From Candidatus Poribacteria bacterium (GTDB lineage Bacteria > Poribacteria > WGA-4E > JAJDTR01), in contig CBDCTK010000002.1 of the NCBI GenBank assembly GCA_965222225.1, positions 5,056,850 to 5,120,849 on the forward strand: DNA of 64,000 nt, in the 5' to 3' direction. Below are positions 59,480-64,000 of the stretch, one piece after another (the first letter of the stretch is position 1; each line of letters starts with the position of its first letter). The position numbers and the translations under genes are program-made. Under the pieces are notes generated by a model. That model saw only the letters and a program-made list of their open reading frames with translations. It was not told where the DNA came from and searched no databases.

Positions 59480-60271
59480 CTAATCAACAAAGCGCGCCGA
59501 AATGTATCCCACTCGATCAAAAGTCGCCCGATAGCAAGACCTCGCCTCGGGTGATACCACGGTGTGCGGCGTACCCGGTATGACAAACTCTCCGGCGGAT
59601 AAGCCTATGTCGAACTCGGCAAGTTTATTCACCAAATTAACGACCGAATGGATGGGATTGCCGAGTACCGCGGCTGTGGCGGCGGTAGCAATGACTTCCC
59701 CATCTTTCTCCACCACTACACCGATTTGCCGGAAGTCGATGCCGTCAATAGGCGTGAATTGTCCACCCAAAATTACTTTGCAAGCGCCGCAGCTATCCGC
59801 GATCAGATCCTGAGCCGCTTTGGGTTTCTCCACCCCGCGGGTGTCCGCAATTTCAAATGCAGGCATCACTCCCGCGATAGAAGCCATAACACTTGCCGGC
59901 GTGGCGCCCGGTCCTTTAAGGTCTTTTTTGAGAACGAAGGCGGTTTCACCTTCTAACATTGGCTTGCATAAGCCGCTAAGCGAAATCGGTTCACCCTCCA
60001 ACACCAGCATTGAGGCAAAGAGATTCCCATAAACCGGGCTGTCCGTATTGAACATTATCTGCATAGCCTTTGCTGATAGGCCTATCTTTCGACCTATGAC
60101 GGTGTCGTCGTTACTGATTCGGGTATCAAACGTCTTCTTATGAACGGCATAGGCTTCTGCGATGGTTATGTCGGGATACTGATCGACCACGTTGGTTATT
60201 GGCGTGGCTGTCTCTTGAGCATTCATGAGCGCCTGAGATAACTCTGTTATCTGACTCTCGGTAAGGGGCAT
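59480..60271 (-). CDS. 2-keto-4-pentenoate hydratase-like (MhpD/FAA hydrolase family)
   Basis: GRKIGLSAKAMQ, LEGE.AFVL..DL, PAFEIAD, DLIAD, LGNP. Confidence 0.8.
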   Translation of the reverse strand: MPLTESQITELSQALMNAQETATPITNVVDQYPDITIAEAYAVHKKTFDTRISNDDTVIGRKIGLSAKAMQIMFNTDSPVYGNLFASMLVLEGEPISLSGLCKPMLEGETAFVLKKDLKGPGATPASVMASIAGVMPAFEIADTRGVEKPKAAQDLIADSCGACKVILGGQFTPIDGIDFRQIGVVVEKDGEVIATAATAAVLGNPIHSVVNLVNKLAEFDIGLSAGEFVIPGTPHTVVSPEARSCYRATFDRVGYISARFVD

Positions 60272-60616
60272 AAAATAAATCTCCTTTTCTTCTATGGTGA
60301 TTCTCAAATTAACACAACACTGCGAAGTTTGAGTCCAAAGTCAGGTCGTATGACATCACGTTGTGGAGTATAAGTGCTGTAAGGGATGGCGGGTTATGGA
60401 TACCACGGCAGGAGTCGAAACCAATATTGAAACCCAATAACTTTTCTGCGCGTGGTCATGCTTTCGTATCCAATAGATGAAATCTCCACCACGGGGCTAT
60501 GTTAGCACACGTGGGTTTCCATTACAATGTTTTATCGCTAGGCTGAGCTGTGGACTACCGCCGTGCTTCATAGTTTAGCCTTTTTCGATTCCTCGATCTA
60601 CCTTACGTTCGCCGTA

Positions 60617-61603
60617 TCACATTTCACGCATCTCTATTCGCTTTCCGGTACGCGCGGCTTCGGTCACGCCGTCAATAATCCGCATATTCCGCTGTGAATT
60701 ATCCATTGTCACAAGCGGGGTCGCTCCAGTGTCCAACGATTCGCATAGATTCAGCATCTGCGCCGCATACGGATTCACTCCCGTAAGGTTCACGGCTTCT
60801 CCATTCAACATGAAATTGCAAGTTCCGTCGCCATTGCTCCATGCACGCGGGGCGAGAATCGTTCCTTTCGTGCCGACTACCTCATAGGACTCTCGATTGC
60901 TCCAATCGAAACTACAATCGAATTGACCGGAGATACCGTTGCCAAAATCCAATGTTCCAATCATCGTTTCCCAGGCGTTGCTTACGGGTTCAAACCTTCC
61001 GCACCCCCAAACGGTCTTTGGTTCGGCGTCAATGAAGTAACGAATAACATCGACACAATAACAGCCTAAAACTCGCGCTGCACCTCCGCCAAGATCGCCG
61101 TGAAAGCGCCAGTTCGTCCGATCTGTCATCGCTGTCGAAAAAGCTGATCGTGCATACCGTACTTCGCCAACCGCCCCATCCAGAATGTGGTGCTTGACCG
61201 CAAGCGTCACTGGGTGATGCCGATACATCAACCCTTCCGTCAGTACGACACCTGCCTTCTCCGTGACTTGAATCATCAGCTCGGAATCATTGGCGTACAT
61301 GGCAATCGGTGCTTCACACAGTATTCCTTGAACGCCGTTGCGTATCCCCTCCAATATTATTTCCAGATGAGCCTTGGGGGTGGTCGCAATCACCAATACG
61401 TCCGGTTGCTGCCTTTCAAGCATGGTTCTCACGTCTTTGTAGGTATGCTTGACATCGAACGTGTCGGCGAAACTTGTGAGAGATTCGAGCTTTATATCGC
61501 AAGCGGCAACCAGATTGATTTCGGGAAGACTTTTCCAAGCACTGGCGTGCACTTTGGAGATTCCGCCACACCCGACCATTGCGACGCGGTATGGTGAATT
61601 CAT
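60617..61603 (-). CDS. Gfo/Idh/MocA family oxidoreductase
   Basis: VAMVGCGGIS Rossmann motif; LCEAP.A (EKP variant); YRHHP; GGGA...LGCYC. Confidence 0.85.
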   Translation of the reverse strand: MNSPYRVAMVGCGGISKVHASAWKSLPEINLVAACDIKLESLTSFADTFDVKHTYKDVRTMLERQQPDVLVIATTPKAHLEIILEGIRNGVQGILCEAPIAMYANDSELMIQVTEKAGVVLTEGLMYRHHPVTLAVKHHILDGAVGEVRYARSAFSTAMTDRTNWRFHGDLGGGAARVLGCYCVDVIRYFIDAEPKTVWGCGRFEPVSNAWETMIGTLDFGNGISGQFDCSFDWSNRESYEVVGTKGTILAPRAWSNGDGTCNFMLNGEAVNLTGVNPYAAQMLNLCESLDTGATPLVTMDNSQRNMRIIDGVTEAARTGKRIEMREM

Positions 61604-61676
61604 GGTTAGCACTCTATGCGTGAGAAGACAAAAACAGGCATGGAAGACCCTGCGGACATTGGACGTGGCTGGCGAT

Positions 61677-61693
61677 GGTGGGCAGTGCCCACC
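61677..61693. repeat. REP palindrome
   Basis: GGTGGGCAGTGCCCACC; covariant copy GGTGCGCAGTGCGCACC at 16913-16929. Confidence 0.55.
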
Positions 61694-61895
61694 CCACAAG
61701 AAATTTGAGGTGAGGAATGAATCTGGGCAGGAGGACAAGGACAGAACGCTTCAAGACTGAGTGCTTGGTGTGAAGAAAATTGACGCTCTAATCGTTGGAT
61801 GCGATATCTGAATCCTGATTGACTACAAAACTCTTCCGTAGAACGAATAGCGTTTAGTTATTTTGCCCGGCCTAACTGCCGGATCAGGGTATCGA

Positions 61896-62081
61896 TCAGG
61901 TTGAGCCGGTATCGCATGCGGCTGACTTCTCGGTTCCGAGGGACGCAAATGGGGCAAAGACTTTTGCCGTGTCGAATGAATCACACTCCGGGCAGGCAAG
62001 TTCATCACCTGTTTCATTGATGCTTTGTAGGACTTCAAACTTCGACTCGCACGTTTTGCATTGGTACTCATAAAGTGGCAT
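61896..62081 (-). CDS. FmdB-family zinc-ribbon protein
   Basis: MPLYEYQCKTC..KFE...CPEC.S. Confidence 0.8.
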   Translation of the reverse strand: MPLYEYQCKTCESKFEVLQSINETGDELACPECDSFDTAKVFAPFASLGTEKSAACDTGST

Positions 62082-62119
62082 TGTGTTCTTCCTCCACGGT
62101 TTTTACAATTCGGTGTATT

Positions 62120-62353
62120 TTATGCGTCTTGAATCTGAAAGAGCGGCGGCTTTATCCACGTGCCCTTGCATTTCGGACATCGCTGACACTGGGATGGCAC
62201 AATAATCAATCGCTCTTGAGGCCGAACGGATTTCTCGATGTGCGGAATGTCTTCGAGAATCTCCTTGATATGCACCTTCAAGAAAATTGAGAGATCTTGC
62301 AACGAGAGCGCTTCGCCCTTAAGGATTTCTATAATTTCCTGGCGTCTGGTCAC
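62120..62353 (-). CDS. HTH + zinc-ribbon transcription regulator (COG3357/PF0610-like)
   Basis: MTRRQEII..L, E...DI.HI.KS, P..C...CPKCK..WI..P.F. Confidence 0.65.
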   Translation of the reverse strand: MTRRQEIIEILKGEALSLQDLSIFLKVHIKEILEDIPHIEKSVRPQERLIIVPSQCQRCPKCKGTWIKPPLFQIQDA

Positions 62354-62356
62354 GCG

Positions 62357-64000
62357 TTAACCTTCTCCCAGCACGCCGTTTCTCCGCTCGTGCTCACCGG
62401 TACGTCTGCCGCCTACCTTTTCCGCAATCGGATGAATAATCACCTTCACTTTCGTACCCTTGGCTGGAATCAGGTCGCCGTTGACACGGTAGGTTCGATC
62501 ATCCGTGCCGCCCGAATGCGTATGATTGAAAATTGAGTCCGGATCTCGGTAAACGGCGATGATGTTGTGATGTACTTGCGGCGTAAACTGCGTGTTGTTA
62601 ATGAGGCGTCCACCGGTGAAAACCCAGTTCGTTCGTTGCATTGTGCGACCTTCCATCGCGTTCCATATCAAATCCTCGGCTCGCCGCCGTACAACTTTCC
62701 CGCCTTGCTGCCACTCCACCCAAATTTCCGCTCGGTCGCCTCGTGGAGTGTGCGGATCGCCTTCTACGGTAAGGTTCAATCCCGGATTCATTCCGAGTTC
62801 AGCCCCCAACGCGAGGAATATGTGAATCGGTTCAGAATCAAGCATCAGAACGCTCTCGTGGGTCTTGCCAAGTTTACCGCAGGCAAAAAACTCAATAATG
62901 GTATCGCCGTTAATGATGTTGATTTCGCCTGTTAACGTAACTTCGCGCTTGTTCACGTCGTAAACCACATCCCCGATTTGGAAAAGTCCTTCGCCAATTT
63001 CACGAGGCGGTGCTAGGGCTGGATCCGTCGCGCTAGTCGATTTGGAATAGATAGTCAACTCCTGTGAATCGGCGTTGTTCTCCCTATTAAGGTCCTCAAT
63101 TTGATTGTCGGGATCGACCACGGCGTATATTTGGCGTGCTCCTTCAGTCTGCGGTGCCCAATTTATGGATACGGTAGTCTCCCGGAGTTTCGGCGAGAAG
63201 ATTGCCTCTTGAACCGCGATTTTCTCGCCGTCAACCTCCGGCGCATTGTCGTAGAAGTGAAGGCGAACAATCCCGTCAAAAGGCGCGCCCGTGTTGGTCA
63301 AAGTCAGGCTGATCCGTGTTGGTTCACCGACACGAGGCGAAGGCGGAGAAAATCGAAGGCTGCGCGGAGCAACGCCCAGATTTGGGCGAGTCGCTTTCGG
63401 CAATTGGTGACTCAAAAACATCAACGCGAAACAAGTTGCGGAAGAGTCGCCGCCATCGTCCGTCCATCGTCCGTCCTGCTCCTGTCGAGCGACGAGCATA
63501 TTCGAGATTTCCTGATACCAACTGTGACCTGCCAGTGTTGTTAGCTCCGGTGGGATGTCGGCGAAACGTTGAAGAGAGAGAAGATAGTAGTAGAGCCACA
63601 GATTTGATCCGGGGTTACGAGTAACTGACCAATGTTTCTTTATCCAGTCTAGCCCCTTCCTAATTTGGGCATCCTCGGTAGACACCTCGCAGGCGCGAAG
63701 TACCCAAAGCCCCGTTGCAGTCATGCTGCCATAGACACCGGTTGCCCATGGCGAGCCGTCGTCAACAAGATTGTAGAGCCAACCGCCGGTGTCCGTCTGA
63801 TTCCGGCGAATCCATTTTTCGGCGCGGTCCCAGGTCTCTTGGGGAACATCCAATCCCCACTGCTTTGCCGCGTAAAGCGCATAGATCGCCATATTTGTGT
63901 GCGCGCCGTCAGCCGTGTATCCGTACCCCCAACCGCCATCGTCCCTCAGATCTTCAAAGCCGCTACCCTTCAATGGAAGTTGAGTCGCCACAAGTTTGTT
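62357..64000 (-). CDS. 5'-partial prenyltransferase/squalene-cyclase-like repeat + CARDB + YdjY-like fusion protein
   Basis: Q..TGGW.Y, GSMTATGL, YYYLLSLQR, Q..DG.W, TCFALMFL; TLTNTG...VVDPDNQIEDLNRENN; FFAC..GKTHES, WVFTG; frame open to the window edge. Confidence 0.7.
   Translation of the reverse strand, partial: NKLVATQLPLKGSGFEDLRDDGGWGYGYTADGAHTNMAIYALYAAKQWGLDVPQETWDRAEKWIRRNQTDTGGWLYNLVDDGSPWATGVYGSMTATGLWVLRACEVSTEDAQIRKGLDWIKKHWSVTRNPGSNLWLYYYLLSLQRFADIPPELTTLAGHSWYQEISNMLVARQEQDGRWTDDGGDSSATCFALMFLSHQLPKATRPNLGVAPRSLRFSPPSPRVGEPTRISLTLTNTGAPFDGIVRLHFYDNAPEVDGEKIAVQEAIFSPKLRETTVSINWAPQTEGARQIYAVVDPDNQIEDLNRENNADSQELTIYSKSTSATDPALAPPREIGEGLFQIGDVVYDVNKREVTLTGEINIINGDTIIEFFACGKLGKTHESVLMLDSEPIHIFLALGAELGMNPGLNLTVEGDPHTPRGDRAEIWVEWQQGGKVVRRRAEDLIWNAMEGRTMQRTNWVFTGGRLINNTQFTPQVHHNIIAVYRDPDSIFNHTHSGGTDDRTYRVNGDLIPAKGTKVKVIIHPIAEKVGGRRTGEHERRNGVLGEG

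Noticed and set aside
60397-60419. tRNA 3'-end-like string on - (TTCGACT-CCTGC-CGTGGTA-T-CCA), a possible att remnant
   Set aside because: The 5' T-stem is absent, the acceptor sequence does not fit U73 tRNAs (Cys/Gly), and no integrase or second copy is present. It is compatible with chance unless a genomic tRNA ends identically.
1-64000. rRNA, intact tRNA, CRISPR-Cas, integrase or prophage structural genes
   Set aside because: None recognised on either strand.

Overview
Bacterial chromosomal segment, most likely Candidatus Poribacteria. This is inferred from the C-terminal 'LLQNYPNPFNPETWIPYQL' sorting domain, the 'DVNxDGxVxIxDLVxVxxHFGE' dockerin-like repeats and a 'WGRIK' C-terminal motif. 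No rRNA, intact tRNA, CRISPR array or integrase was found. Core genes include hisA, htrA, dinG, ftsH-folP, yigZ, mqnD, queC, rnpB (RNase P RNA) and speE. Catabolic genes include a PhyH dioxygenase, three tandem amidohydrolase-fold genes plus a Rieske ferredoxin, a Zn-ADH, an MFS transporter, two FAA-hydrolase-family enzymes, a DSD1-type PLP enzyme and a Gfo/Idh/MocA oxidoreductase. There are two accessory islands (about 1-2.95 kb and 29.7-35.3 kb), three IS elements (degraded IS701, intact IS1595, degraded IS5), a 246-bp MITE and many REP-like repeats. The strongest leads are (i) a 36-bp hairpin-forming repeat with covarying stems that precedes unrelated accessory genes at two loci 28 kb apart, a candidate cassette or regulatory system; (ii) an amidohydrolase x3 + Rieske cluster resembling AibH1H2/AibG-type dinuclear C-H monooxygenases; (iii) a GcvH-like protein lacking the lipoyl lysine; and (iv) a dockerin-fused peptide-binding protein. 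All family assignments come from motif recognition by eye; no database searches were run.
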